The notes under the pieces were generated by a model. That model had not been told where the DNA came from. It made no database searches and was given only the letters and a program-made list of their open reading frames with translations. DNA of 64,000 bases from Deltaproteobacteria bacterium (GTDB taxonomy: Bacteria > Desulfobacterota > GWC2-55-46 > DRQE01), in NCBI GenBank assembly GCA_024278765.1, contig JAJRSM010000044.1:5972-69971 (forward strand). Reading direction: 5' to 3'. The position numbers were made by a program, and so were the translations under genes. This document shows, one piece after another, positions 41,453 through 52,169 of this stretch (the first letter of the stretch is position 1; each line of letters begins with the position of its first letter).

Positions 41453-42058
41453 GTGAATGAATGCACTATATATTTGATCCGTCACGGCGAGATACTTTCT
41501 AATAAAGACGACGTCTATGCCGGCTGGAGTGGTGAAGAACTTACTGAGCAGGGGCGAGCCTCTGCCCAGAACCTCGGTAAAGAGGCCAAAGACTGGAGTA
41601 TTGAGGCTATCTATACCAGCCCTATCAGAAGGGCCGTTCAGACGGCAGAAATAATCAATAGCTATCTCGGTAAAGAACTCTTTACCGAGGATGGTTTGAA
41701 AGAGATAAAGATGGGGCCTTGGGAAGGGCTGCGTATCGGTGATGTTGAGGAGCGTTTCCCTGAAGATTTCAAAACATGGCAAACAAGGCCAGGCGATTTA
41801 AGGGTAGAGGGCAGAGAGACACTGGAAGAGTTGCAAAGAAGAACTGTAACTGCGGTGATGAAGATATTTAAAGCCCACAGCGGTGCTGTCCTTGCCGTAA
41901 CCCATGTAGCTATAATTCGTGTACTTTTTCTTTACTATAACTACAGGCCTTTAAACGATTATAAGAAGATAGATGTCCCAAACCTCTCGGTCTTTAAACT
42001 CACCTTATCATCCGGATCCGGCGGGTCCGGGAAGAGCGCGAGTTTTACTCCTTTATAA
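41453..42058 (+). CDS. Histidine phosphatase (phosphoglycerate mutase-like) family protein.
   Basis: IYLIRHGE is the catalytic His motif. Confidence 0.75.
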   Translation: MNECTIYLIRHGEILSNKDDVYAGWSGEELTEQGRASAQNLGKEAKDWSIEAIYTSPIRRAVQTAEIINSYLGKELFTEDGLKEIKMGPWEGLRIGDVEERFPEDFKTWQTRPGDLRVEGRETLEELQRRTVTAVMKIFKAHSGAVLAVTHVAIIRVLFLYYNYRPLNDYKKIDVPNLSVFKLTLSSGSGGSGKSASFTPL

Positions 42059-42373
42059 CTGTAAAAATAATTATTCCCAATTGATGAACATACCTATTAA
42101 TTTATTGCTGTAATTGCCTGATATAATTAGTATAAATTGTCTTTTATATTTAACTTCTGCATTCAGCCATGTCGCATAATGAATATTATGTCAAGTACGA
42201 TGAAGGGGCTCATCATGATGGATCTTGGTTTCTATCCCTTCGGTATTGTCTTAGGCTGGTATCACAATAAAATCTAGAAAAAACTATCTGCTAAATAATT
42301 AAAATATTCTGCCCTGCTTATATCAGATCCAGGCCGATAATTTAAGAGGCCAGTCTTAAAATTAAGATTTGAT

Positions 42374-43285
42374 TTATCCCCTTGGATGCGCCTTCTTGTG
42401 CAGTTGTTTGAGCCTCTCTGCCCTGACGTGTGTATAGATCTGGGTCGTTGAGATATCACTATGACCAAGCATTTCCTGGACAGATCTGAGGTCTGCGCCA
42501 CGCTCCAGCAGATGTGTAGCAAATGAATGGCGTAGTATATGCGGCTTAACTCTGTTTTTTTCTATTCCGGCTACCAGGGCCATCTTTTTGATAATAAGCC
42601 AGTAGTTCTGGCGAGTCATGGCAGAGCCTAGTCTGGTAATAAAGAGGTACTTTGATGTGCCGCGCCCTTTGAGTTTACCCTCTCTTTCGCCCTCTATATA
42701 GGCCTGCAAGCACTTCATGGCCACCTCTCCTATAGGTACAAGTCTTTCCTTTTCACCCTTGCCTATGGCCCTTATATAGCCTTTCTGGAGGTTTATGTCA
42801 TTTAGCCTGAGCCCTGTAAGCTCGGAGACTCGAAGCCCGGTGGCATAAAGTAGCTCGATCATGGCTTTATCTCTAAGCGAGTTCTTTTCATCTTTGCTGC
42901 TTGCCCTAAGAAGCTCATCTACCTCTGCTATAGAAAGGTACTGAGGAAGACGTCTTGGCTCTTTAGGCAGGTCGATCAAAGAGCAAGGTGAAGACTCTAA
43001 ATAACCCTGTTTAATCAGGTACTTATATAAACCTCTCAGGGATATCATAGCCCTAGAGCAACTCCTGCTCTTGAGCCCTCGTAGCCGCATGCTAAGGATA
43101 TATTCCCTCAGGTCAGTCGGTTTTATCAGTAATAGATCTAGATTATTCTCGGTAAGGTATGCGCTAAAGGCACGGAGGTCTCTTCTGTAGGCAGATGCAG
43201 TGTTCTTTAAAAGTCCTTTTTCAGTAATAATAACGGTGATATAGGATTCGATTAGCTGAAGGTTATCACCTGTTTGTAGAGCCAT
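42374..43285 (-). CDS. xerD: Site-specific tyrosine recombinase XerD.
   Basis: The C-terminal HILRHSFATHLLERGADLRSVQEMLGHSDISTTQIYTHV motif is XerD-like. Confidence 0.85.
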   Translation of the reverse strand: MALQTGDNLQLIESYITVIITEKGLLKNTASAYRRDLRAFSAYLTENNLDLLLIKPTDLREYILSMRLRGLKSRSCSRAMISLRGLYKYLIKQGYLESSPCSLIDLPKEPRRLPQYLSIAEVDELLRASSKDEKNSLRDKAMIELLYATGLRVSELTGLRLNDINLQKGYIRAIGKGEKERLVPIGEVAMKCLQAYIEGEREGKLKGRGTSKYLFITRLGSAMTRQNYWLIIKKMALVAGIEKNRVKPHILRHSFATHLLERGADLRSVQEMLGHSDISTTQIYTHVRAERLKQLHKKAHPRG

Positions 43286-43300
43286 ATTGCCCTCCCCCGA

Positions 43301-45964
43301 TTAATTAAGAACATCCATTATGGTCTTCTTAATATTATCTACCTTGGTCTCGTCGTTGATCTTCTGGTTAAAGATATCCCTGATATAGAAGATATCAGAG
43401 GCTGTATCCCCTTTTGTCGAGACCTTGGCGATGTGGATTATAACCCCCATTGATGTTAGCGCGGAGCTTATCATATATAGCAGGCCGAGCCTGTCTTCGG
43501 TATGAATCTCAAGGACGGTAAAGATATCCGAGACGTCATTATCTACCTCGATACGGACAGGAACAGCAGGCTTTATCTTCTTATCCAAAATTGACGGGCG
43601 TATATTCTCTATCAGGCTCTCTACCTTGATCTTACCGCTTATCAGGTCTTTGAGGTTCTCTCCAATCCTGTCAATCTTTATATCATCGGTTAAGAGCTTT
43701 CCGTAGACGGTATTGACCTGCAAGAGATCAAGGGCCACGCCGTTTCTAAGGGTATTGATCTGTGCGCCGAGGATGTTAATAGAATTAGCCATCATAACGC
43801 CGGTTATCATGGCAAAGAGTCCGGAGGTATCCAGGGTCGTTATGACAAGCTCGGTGTACTCACGCTCTTCTATCTGGCGAACTTTTACGATCAAGGAGCT
43901 TTTATCTAGCTCTTTTATATATTCTATATGGTTCAGTACCGCCTCGGGGCTATTGGAGAAGGCATACCTTGGTGGTAGCTGCTTCATATGCTGCTCGATC
44001 TCAGCGGCCGTTATGTTGGTGTCTTCATCAAGGCGGGCGCGTGCCAGAATACGGCTCTTGAGCTTATCGAGCCGTACCGACATATGAGTAGGCTCAAATG
44101 CACCTTTCTCAAGGACTGCGCGAGCTTTAAAATAGAGTTCTTGGAAGAGTGTCCCCTTCCACTCACTCCATACCTCGGGCCCGACGGCCTTTACATCGGC
44201 AAAGGTCAAGAGATATAAAAGATCCAGACGTTCATCATCACCTACTGTTTTGGCAAAGTCTATTATGAGCTTTTCGTCATGCAGATCGCGATATTGCGCT
44301 GTATTGGCGAGGATCAGGTGCTCACGTACGAGAAAGGTAACGAGCTCAATACTTTCTTTTTTAAAGCCTATACGAGAGCATATTTCAGGGACCATTGCGG
44401 CACCTTTTAGGGCATGGCCGCTGCCGTGTGCCTTACCGATATCATGCAGAAGTATAGCGATAGAGAGCTCTGCGCGTTGCTCGACGTCTTCTAGCAAGGC
44501 TGTCAGCAGTTTGTGGCGGTTGCTGTACTCGTCCCAGAGTTTTTCAAGCTCTCGGATGGCAAATATTGAGTGCGCATCAACGGTATAGATATGATATAGG
44601 TCATGCTGTACTTTGCATCTGACCTCGGCAAACTCGGGGATATAGGTATCAAGGACCTTCAGGCGATGCATAATGTCGAGGGTCTCAAAGAGGTTTTCTC
44701 CGATAAGGATACGACGAAAAGACTTTCCAGCGTCCTTGTCGGTAGAAAGCTCAAGGCCGGGCTTGATAATGGCCTCCAGTATCAGGTCTTGCGTCTTTCT
44801 ATCTATTTTTGCACCGTAGTCCTGTGCGTATTCAAAGACGTGAATAAGATTTGCTGGACTGCACAGAAAGACGTCCTCGACACTAGCCGACATAACATGG
44901 TTAGTTATTACGAAGTCCGTGCTTGGTCTGAGTTCTTCGATGGGTTCAGAGGATTTAATCAAGGCTATTTTGGGCTCAAGGCAGCGCGAGATTATAAGCT
45001 CTGAGATAGCACTTATATTGGTGGCGTGCAGGTAGTAATTGCGCATAAAAGTCTCGACTGCCAGCTCGCGCTCAGCATCAAAGTGCCCTCTTATCTGCGC
45101 CATCCTTTCTTGTACGTCAAAGGTTAGCCTGTCTTTCTTTCGCCCGCTCTGAAAATGTATGCCGTTCCTGACCCAGTGAAGATAGTCAACAGAGTTTTCC
45201 AGAGATTCTTTCTCCGCGCCGCTCATAACGCCTTCTTCAAGTGCGCTGAAGTAACCACGCTTGGTGGCCTTTGCTATCCAGAGTGCAGCATGTAAGTCGC
45301 GTAGCCCCCCCTGGCTTTCTTTTACATTTGGTTCAAGTACGTATATGGAATCGCCGAATTTTTTATGACGCGCGGCTTTTTCTTGCAGTTTTGACTCTAT
45401 AAAATCACCAGAGCCACGCTTAGAGAATATCACGGCCTCGTACTTGGTCAGAAGCTTATCATAGAGCTTTTTATCACCAAAGAGAAAGCGCGAGTCTATC
45501 ATCGCAGTCATTGTCTTGGTATCTTCTATCGTAATATTAAGGGCGTCTTTGATGCTCCTTATGCTAAAGCCCATATCAAGGCCCGCGTCACTTAAGACGT
45601 AGAGGATAGATTCCGCGATCTCTTCAATTTCTTTAGTCCTTTTTTTATTATAGAGCAACATCAGATCAATATCCGAGTGGATATTAAGCTCCCCTCTTCC
45701 GTAACCGCCAAGGGCTACAAAGGCAACATTGTTGTTTTCAGGGAGCTTTGCCGTGACCTTCTTAAAGAGGGTTAGCAGGAGTTCATCCATTATAGCGGTA
45801 TGCTCAAGCGTGATTGATAGCCCCTGGAGGCTACTCAGGTGCTTCTCTCGCAGCTCCAAGCGTACGGTGCTGAGATACTGCTTCACCTTTAAAGATAGTG
45901 CGGTGTTGCCTTCTGTTCCGAGTATTGTCAGGATGGTCTGTACTCCCGGCGTGGTTGTTGACAT
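43301..45964 (-). CDS. glnD: [Protein-PII] uridylyltransferase / uridylyl-removing enzyme.
   Basis: A nucleotidyltransferase domain, HD domain and two ACT domains across 887 aa match GlnD. Confidence 0.85.
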   Translation of the reverse strand: MSTTTPGVQTILTILGTEGNTALSLKVKQYLSTVRLELREKHLSSLQGLSITLEHTAIMDELLLTLFKKVTAKLPENNNVAFVALGGYGRGELNIHSDIDLMLLYNKKRTKEIEEIAESILYVLSDAGLDMGFSIRSIKDALNITIEDTKTMTAMIDSRFLFGDKKLYDKLLTKYEAVIFSKRGSGDFIESKLQEKAARHKKFGDSIYVLEPNVKESQGGLRDLHAALWIAKATKRGYFSALEEGVMSGAEKESLENSVDYLHWVRNGIHFQSGRKKDRLTFDVQERMAQIRGHFDAERELAVETFMRNYYLHATNISAISELIISRCLEPKIALIKSSEPIEELRPSTDFVITNHVMSASVEDVFLCSPANLIHVFEYAQDYGAKIDRKTQDLILEAIIKPGLELSTDKDAGKSFRRILIGENLFETLDIMHRLKVLDTYIPEFAEVRCKVQHDLYHIYTVDAHSIFAIRELEKLWDEYSNRHKLLTALLEDVEQRAELSIAILLHDIGKAHGSGHALKGAAMVPEICSRIGFKKESIELVTFLVREHLILANTAQYRDLHDEKLIIDFAKTVGDDERLDLLYLLTFADVKAVGPEVWSEWKGTLFQELYFKARAVLEKGAFEPTHMSVRLDKLKSRILARARLDEDTNITAAEIEQHMKQLPPRYAFSNSPEAVLNHIEYIKELDKSSLIVKVRQIEEREYTELVITTLDTSGLFAMITGVMMANSINILGAQINTLRNGVALDLLQVNTVYGKLLTDDIKIDRIGENLKDLISGKIKVESLIENIRPSILDKKIKPAVPVRIEVDNDVSDIFTVLEIHTEDRLGLLYMISSALTSMGVIIHIAKVSTKGDTASDIFYIRDIFNQKINDETKVDNIKKTIMDVLN

Positions 45965-45980
45965 AATATTATCAGTATCC

Positions 45981-47216
45981 TTATCCGGCGCCTTTGCCGT
46001 CCATGTAATTTATAATGCCTTTGGTAATGCCCTTTGTGATCTCTCTGAGGTATTTATCGGTCTTCAGTCTCTTCTCGTCCTTTGGGTTACTTATAAAAGA
46101 TACCTCGACCAAGACGCTTGGCATATTGGCATTTACCAGTACATAAAAGAGCGCGCCCTTTACGCCGTTGCTTTTGACACCCTTGTATTTTCTCTGTAAC
46201 CCCTTTGATAAAGTCTGCTGAATATTGGTTGCAAGCCTGATGCTCTCCTGCTGGTTGCCGGTACTCTCAAGATCTCTGAGGATATAGCCCAAAACATCAT
46301 TCATCTCGGCTGGCGTTGTCTTATTCTCACGCGCCGCAACCCTAATGGCGTCTTTATCCTGTGTATACCTGAGGTAATAGGTCTCAACCCCAGTTGCAGC
46401 TCTTCTGGGACTTGCATTAACATGGATCGAGACAAAGAGGTCGGCCTCCTTGGAGTTTGCTATGGCCGTGCGTTCATCAAGAGGCAGGTATTTATCCCTT
46501 GTTCTTGTGAGTATTATCTTGGGCTTTTTGCCGTATTTTTTCTGGAGTTCTTTTGCCAGATCCTTCTTCAGCATCTTTGCGATCTTTAAGGTAACGATCT
46601 TTTCCTGAAGCTTTCTCTTACCTATTGCTCCGGGGTCTTTACCGCCGTGCCCCGGATCAATGACGATTGTACGTATTCCGTTTGGTTTTTTTATAACGGG
46701 CTTTTCCGGCTTTGGCGTCTTTACCTTCTCTACCCCTGATACTACTGGTGGCTCGGTTTTTGCCGCAGGGGCCTGACGCGCACCTTTACCAAAGATATCA
46801 ATGACTATCCGGTTGGGCCCTGACAAAGGAAAGACCTTATAATCCTTTAACGACTCAATATCAAGGACCACACGTACGGTCTTGTTATCGAACTGCCCGG
46901 CCCTTGCGACCTTTAACAGACCGTCATTGATCGGAATCATCCTCTGGATATTTTTACCCAGGCGAGCCCCTTTTATATCGACATAGAAGCGACGGGGTTT
47001 CTTTATCGAAGGATCTTTCCGAAGCAGATGCGATTTAAAGTCGGCCTTTTTATCCAGTGTTATAACGACACGGGTATAGTTCTTTGAAGAGAAATGCCTG
47101 ATCTCTTTGACAGTTACCTTTGCCGCATCCGCACAGGCAGCGGCGAAAAGAACCGCGAAGAAGACAAAGACGGACAATAAGATAATGGCTATTCGTATAT
47201 TATATCTGGGTCTCAA
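45981..47216 (-). CDS. N-acetylmuramoyl-L-alanine amidase with an N-terminal AMIN domain (AmiC-like).
   Basis: A signal peptide and AMIN domain precede the amidase_3 motif IVIDPGHGGKDPGAIG. Confidence 0.85.
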   Translation of the reverse strand: MRPRYNIRIAIILLSVFVFFAVLFAAACADAAKVTVKEIRHFSSKNYTRVVITLDKKADFKSHLLRKDPSIKKPRRFYVDIKGARLGKNIQRMIPINDGLLKVARAGQFDNKTVRVVLDIESLKDYKVFPLSGPNRIVIDIFGKGARQAPAAKTEPPVVSGVEKVKTPKPEKPVIKKPNGIRTIVIDPGHGGKDPGAIGKRKLQEKIVTLKIAKMLKKDLAKELQKKYGKKPKIILTRTRDKYLPLDERTAIANSKEADLFVSIHVNASPRRAATGVETYYLRYTQDKDAIRVAARENKTTPAEMNDVLGYILRDLESTGNQQESIRLATNIQQTLSKGLQRKYKGVKSNGVKGALFYVLVNANMPSVLVEVSFISNPKDEKRLKTDKYLREITKGITKGIINYMDGKGAG

Positions 47217-47217
47217 T

Positions 47218-49929
47218 TTAGTCCTTTACTTTTATCATTCTGAGCTGGGTGAGTTGGGTCTTGAGCTGGCTCAGCAGGTTCAGTCCCTCAAGCGGGGTAA
47301 GCTGGTCTATATCTGTTGATAATAGTCTTTCTATTACCTCACCTTCTTTTGGCTTTGGTTCTGGCTCTGGGACTAAGGCTACGCCGTCAGCCTGACCCAT
47401 CTTCTGGTCTCTGGAGTTTGCTCTGGACGGGTAAATACCGGGCAAAGGCGGAGTCTGAATTACCTGTTTTTTCCTGGTCCCTGCGATCCTTGGCAGTCCC
47501 GCTTCGTTAAGCTCATCGCTTTCTAGGTTTGCAAGGACCTCTTTTGCTCGTGCGATGACCTCTGGCGGTAGTCCTGCCAGCCGCCCCACCTGAATCCCGT
47601 AGCTGGAGCTTGCTCCGCCAGGGACGATTTTCCTCAGAAAGATAATCCTGTCTTCAAATTCTTTAACAGTCATATTATAGTTTTTGACGCGCTCCTTTGT
47701 CAAGGAAAGCTCTGTAAGCTCGTGATAATGCGTGGCAAATAAGGCCTTTGTAGCTCCAATCGGTCTGTCGTGTAGATACTCGACCACGGCCCATGCAATG
47801 CTTAGGCCATCAAAGGTCGATGTGCCTCGCCCTATCTCATCGAGGATTATAAGGCTTTTTTCAGTAGCATTATTAAGGATATTGGCCGTCTCGGTCATCT
47901 CGACCATAAAGGTACTCTGGCCTCGTGAGATATCATCGGAAGCACCGACGCGTGTAAATATCCTATCGACCACACCGATTGTAGCCTTTGTAGCCGGGAC
48001 AAAGCAGCCTGCCTGCGCCATAAGAACAATAAGGGCAACTTGTCTGATATAGGTCGATTTACCAGCCATATTAGGGCCGGTTAAGAGGATTATCTGGCTC
48101 GTCTTACTACCTAAAAATAGGTCATTTGGTGTAAAGGGCTCTCTGCTGGCCTTCTCAATTACAGGGTGGCGGCCTTCTTTGATCTCTATCAGGTCGTTGT
48201 CGTTTATAACCGGCCTTACGTAGTCCATCTCTACAGATACGAGCGCGAATGATATAAGGGCGTCAAGCGTTGCGATCTGTGCCGCTGATTGCTGGATCCT
48301 TCCAATATGGACTCGTACTTTATTAAGGATCTCGCCGTAAAGGGTAAGTTCCAGCGTCTTTGCTTTGTCTTCCGCCGATAAGAGGCGCACCTCCCATTCC
48401 TTAAGCTCCGGGGTTATAAAGCGTTCGGCATTAACGAGCGTCTGTTTTTTGATGTATTCTTCGGGGACATTAGCACTCTTGGCACGGCTGACCTCGATAT
48501 AATAACCAAAGACCTTGTTGTACCTGACCTTCAGGGTATGGATACCGGTGCGTTTACGTTCTTTTAGCTCAAGCTCTTTTAGCCAGTCTTTACCGAGGCT
48601 TGAGGTATCGCGCAGTTCATCCAGATCTGCATTGAAACCCTCTTTTATAAAGCCGCCTTCCCTTGTTATGTGAGGCGCGTCCTCTCTGATAGATTCTTCA
48701 ATTAGCTCTGTTACTTCCCTTACCGGATCAAGCCTCTCTGACAAGTCTTTAATAAGGGTTGAGGTAAAGGTCGCAAGCGTCTTTTTAAGCGGACTAATCT
48801 GAAGCAGCGAGTCCTTGAGACTAAAGAGTTCTCTAGGGCCTACGACCCCGATTGAGACCCGCCCTGTTATCCTCTCGATATCCGAGATCTTTTTTAGGCT
48901 CGTTGTAAGTGAGCTTACGAGCAGGCGGTCTTTTGTAAGCTCCTCTACGCCGTCGTGGCGGGCGATGATCCGAGTCTTATCCATAAGAGGTCTGATCAGC
49001 CAGTTCTTCAGACGCCGCGCCCCCATCGAGCAAGATGTCCTATCCAGATAATCCAGCAGGCTTCCCTTGCGTTGCATATCCCGGGTGTTTTCGATTATCT
49101 CCAGGTTTCTGCGCGTATGATAGTCAAGGGTCAGGTACTTATCACCGTAATAAGGCCTGCACTGCTTTACATGGGTAAGCTCGGCTCGCTGCGTGTCTTT
49201 GACGTAATGCAGTAGTGCGCCAGCGGCCCTGATACCCTCGGTATGCCTTGAAAGACCAAAGCCGTCGAGGGTCGCCAGATCAAAGTGTTGCAAAAGCCGC
49301 TCTGTACAGATCTTCAGCTTTAGGTCGTAGTCCGTAATGATAGAGATGTTTTTAATAGGTAGGGGTGAGCTGCCATCAGTCGTAGCCGAAAGCTCTTCCA
49401 TGCACTGCTGGCTGGTAACCAACTCGCTCGGAGCTAGACGTGCGAGTTCTTCAATCAGGTTCGGAAGGCCACCTGTCTCGGTCACCATGAACTCGCCGGT
49501 GGTGATATCCATATAGGCCAGACCGCCACGCCCCTGATTAAGAGATAGTGCTGCTATATAGTTGTTGGCCTTGGAGTCCAGCAGTTCAGCGTCAAGGGCC
49601 GTGCCCGGTGTGATTATACTGGTTACGGCCCTGCGAACAACTCCTTTTGCAGTAGCCGCGTCCTCCATCTGATCGCAGATAGCGACTTTGTAGCCTTCTT
49701 TTACGAGCTTTCCGCAGTAGCCCTTTGCGGCATGAAACGGCACACCGCACATAGGGATCTTCTTTTCTTTATCGCGCGAGGTAAGGGCTATACCCAGCAC
49801 CTCGGCCGCTATCTTTGCGTCCTCAAAGAACATCTCATAGAAGTCGCCCATCCTGAAAAAAAGCAGGGCATCCGGGTGCTCTGCCTTGATATCAAGGAAC
49901 TGCCTCATAGCCGGTGTTATCTTCTCCAT
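47218..49929 (-). CDS. mutS: DNA mismatch repair protein MutS; the start is assigned to MEKITPAMRQF.
   Basis: The N-terminal TPMMRQ-like motif, the Walker A GPNMAGKST and a length of about 900 aa match MutS. Confidence 0.92.
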   Translation of the reverse strand: MEKITPAMRQFLDIKAEHPDALLFFRMGDFYEMFFEDAKIAAEVLGIALTSRDKEKKIPMCGVPFHAAKGYCGKLVKEGYKVAICDQMEDAATAKGVVRRAVTSIITPGTALDAELLDSKANNYIAALSLNQGRGGLAYMDITTGEFMVTETGGLPNLIEELARLAPSELVTSQQCMEELSATTDGSSPLPIKNISIITDYDLKLKICTERLLQHFDLATLDGFGLSRHTEGIRAAGALLHYVKDTQRAELTHVKQCRPYYGDKYLTLDYHTRRNLEIIENTRDMQRKGSLLDYLDRTSCSMGARRLKNWLIRPLMDKTRIIARHDGVEELTKDRLLVSSLTTSLKKISDIERITGRVSIGVVGPRELFSLKDSLLQISPLKKTLATFTSTLIKDLSERLDPVREVTELIEESIREDAPHITREGGFIKEGFNADLDELRDTSSLGKDWLKELELKERKRTGIHTLKVRYNKVFGYYIEVSRAKSANVPEEYIKKQTLVNAERFITPELKEWEVRLLSAEDKAKTLELTLYGEILNKVRVHIGRIQQSAAQIATLDALISFALVSVEMDYVRPVINDNDLIEIKEGRHPVIEKASREPFTPNDLFLGSKTSQIILLTGPNMAGKSTYIRQVALIVLMAQAGCFVPATKATIGVVDRIFTRVGASDDISRGQSTFMVEMTETANILNNATEKSLIILDEIGRGTSTFDGLSIAWAVVEYLHDRPIGATKALFATHYHELTELSLTKERVKNYNMTVKEFEDRIIFLRKIVPGGASSSYGIQVGRLAGLPPEVIARAKEVLANLESDELNEAGLPRIAGTRKKQVIQTPPLPGIYPSRANSRDQKMGQADGVALVPEPEPKPKEGEVIERLLSTDIDQLTPLEGLNLLSQLKTQLTQLRMIKVKD

Positions 49930-49934
49930 TGTTG

Positions 49935-52160
49935 CTATACCATCCAGTGTATATTCTCGTAGTCTGTATCCGGTAAGTCTATTACAATAACGCCCTTTGT
50001 CGGCCACCGCATCTGTCCGTGTTCTTTGGCATCGAGCTCAAGATATAGCTTTAGCTCCGAGCCCGGTGCGGCACCGAGCATGGCAAAGTCCAGACCAATC
50101 TCTATGATATCACCTGTAGCGAGCATTGCTATATCAGAATCTTCCTGCCAACCTTCATCTGTCTTTTTTAAGAGTTTACCTGAACTCTTATTACCCTCTA
50201 CTGTAATCTTTATCTTTAGATGCTCGGGATGCAGCAACCTGAGCGTCAATGACCAGGGCTTATTAAAAGGAAAGAGCCCCATTGTATAGTCAAGGCGCAA
50301 GAAAAAAGTCTGCAAGTTAAAGCCGTAAAAGACCGTATCGATAAGACCAACCGCCACGCCTTCGCTATGCATAGCTCCGCTTGCGTGTGTGCGTTCTATC
50401 TTGCAGGCCGAGAGCCACTCAAAGTAATTTGTCACCTCACCGTCAAAGACGGCCTGCATAAAGCCTGTTGGTATAGTACTGGGCCTTTGCTCCCAGAGTG
50501 TAGATATTATCGGGATATCAAAGCTGGGTGGATGTTCTCGTCCGATAAGGCTGAATACCTTTATAAGATGGGCACGGAAGAGATAATCAAAGTCCTCGGC
50601 ACTTAGTGTTGTGTGGTCATCGCCATACCACCAGAACCAGTCACTACCCTCTGCCGCGTATATGGCCTCCCATGCGGCTTTTATATCCTCACTCTTGCTT
50701 AAGGACATCTCCTCGCTAAGAGAATCCTCGTACTCTACCAGAGCCGCACGCGCCTCGCTTATCATATCCCACGCGGCATTGTCTTCTGCGTGCCCTATCC
50801 AAATATTGAAGTTATGATTTATCCAGGAGCCACTATGAATACGCTCGATCTTCTCTGGCGTAACCTTACCGGAGGCAAAGAACTCGCCCGGCGTTACGCA
50901 GTTTATTCGGTCGTCTTCGGTTAAGGTTTTATAGAGAAGACGCAGGAAGTCACGGCCATCATTTTCATAATATTCCCATGCATTCTCGCCATCAAGAATG
51001 ATATTAACCAGATGCGAATCCGGGTCATCTAGATTTTGATGAATCTGCGAGAGCCTTGTCATAAAGTCAGCTACGGCCTTGTCCGCGTCCATTTGTGAGT
51101 ACTCAAAACCTATAAGGTCAGAGAGGACCTTATCTCTAAAAACGACCCCCAACTCGCCGTGCTGCGTATCCAAAGAATACGGCCTGTAGATAAGGCCGTC
51201 CATGCAGACGCCGTTTGATGATCGCAAGATAGGTTTATTTAAAGACCTTGATAATATCTCCTCATCCGTACCTATCCACTTTATACCGGCCTCTGCGACA
51301 AGCGGGGCCATCTCCATAGAGACCGAACCCTCTGAGGGCCACATCCCGTCGGGTAAGACCCCGAAGGTCTCTTTATGTAGTAGCACGGCCTTTCTTATCT
51401 GCTCGCGTGCGTCTTCTGGATGTATAAATCTCTTGCGCGGCAGTGAGATATCGGGCGAGCCCTCTTTGGCCGAATCACTATCGCAGAGCAGTGGAAGGAT
51501 CGGATGGTAATACGGAGAGGTCGTAAGCTCTACGATTCCCTTGCCCCTCATTTCCGCGTATTTTGGCAGGATGCTCTGCATAATCTCGATCTGTTTTTTT
51601 AGTAAGGTCGCTTTGTCTTGTTCAGAAAAGCCACGGCCTTTTTTAACTAGCCCTGCCAGCCACGGGTCATTTATAATATGCATCGGGTCTATCCAGGAAA
51701 GATTGAATAGTACTTGCAGGTCCAGGTAATCTTGCTCTGTGAAAAAACGTAACGCAACAATAAGGTCTTCATGAGCAGATGAAAAGCCGCGCAGTTTCAG
51801 CATCTCCCTGTATTGTTCAACAGGGTTGACCATCCTCTCCCAGTTAGACTGAAAGAAGCGGTCCAGCATAAAGTATTTATCTTCCTGCGTAAGTTGGCTG
51901 GCCTTTTTAAGGCTGACTTGCCTGTACCTGTCCTTTACAGACGGCGAACAATAATCCTTTATCTGCTCGATCAGGGAAGGCACAAGATTGAAGCTCTGGT
52001 GGATCTCAGGAAATTCTTCGAGGATCGCGACCATATCATAGTAATCTTTCGTGCCATGAAAAAGCACCCATGGCAGGATAAAATCAGATGTGACCGGGTC
52101 TTTATACAAGGGCTGATGCATGTGCCATAAAAAAGATATATTCAGCTTTTTGTCAGCCAT
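49935..52160 (-). CDS. Glycoside hydrolase family 57 protein (alpha-glucan processing).
   Basis: The N-terminus NISFLWHMHQPLY is the GH57 signature. Confidence 0.8.
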   Translation of the reverse strand: MADKKLNISFLWHMHQPLYKDPVTSDFILPWVLFHGTKDYYDMVAILEEFPEIHQSFNLVPSLIEQIKDYCSPSVKDRYRQVSLKKASQLTQEDKYFMLDRFFQSNWERMVNPVEQYREMLKLRGFSSAHEDLIVALRFFTEQDYLDLQVLFNLSWIDPMHIINDPWLAGLVKKGRGFSEQDKATLLKKQIEIMQSILPKYAEMRGKGIVELTTSPYYHPILPLLCDSDSAKEGSPDISLPRKRFIHPEDAREQIRKAVLLHKETFGVLPDGMWPSEGSVSMEMAPLVAEAGIKWIGTDEEILSRSLNKPILRSSNGVCMDGLIYRPYSLDTQHGELGVVFRDKVLSDLIGFEYSQMDADKAVADFMTRLSQIHQNLDDPDSHLVNIILDGENAWEYYENDGRDFLRLLYKTLTEDDRINCVTPGEFFASGKVTPEKIERIHSGSWINHNFNIWIGHAEDNAAWDMISEARAALVEYEDSLSEEMSLSKSEDIKAAWEAIYAAEGSDWFWWYGDDHTTLSAEDFDYLFRAHLIKVFSLIGREHPPSFDIPIISTLWEQRPSTIPTGFMQAVFDGEVTNYFEWLSACKIERTHASGAMHSEGVAVGLIDTVFYGFNLQTFFLRLDYTMGLFPFNKPWSLTLRLLHPEHLKIKITVEGNKSSGKLLKKTDEGWQEDSDIAMLATGDIIEIGLDFAMLGAAPGSELKLYLELDAKEHGQMRWPTKGVIVIDLPDTDYENIHWMV

Positions 52161-52169
52161 AAAAAATAA

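Noticed and set aside
42374-43285. The tyrosine recombinase as a phage or island integrase that might mobilise the glycan locus.
   Set aside because: It is full-length with the XerD-type C-terminal motif and sits with housekeeping genes (glnD, mutS), so it is most simply the chromosomal XerD. No att-like repeats were identifiable by eye.
49935-50007. An apparent 73-bp overlap between the mutS and GH57 ORFs.
   Set aside because: The conserved MutS N-terminus begins at the internal Met (MEKITPAMRQF, start 49929). This removes the overlap and leaves a 5-bp gap.
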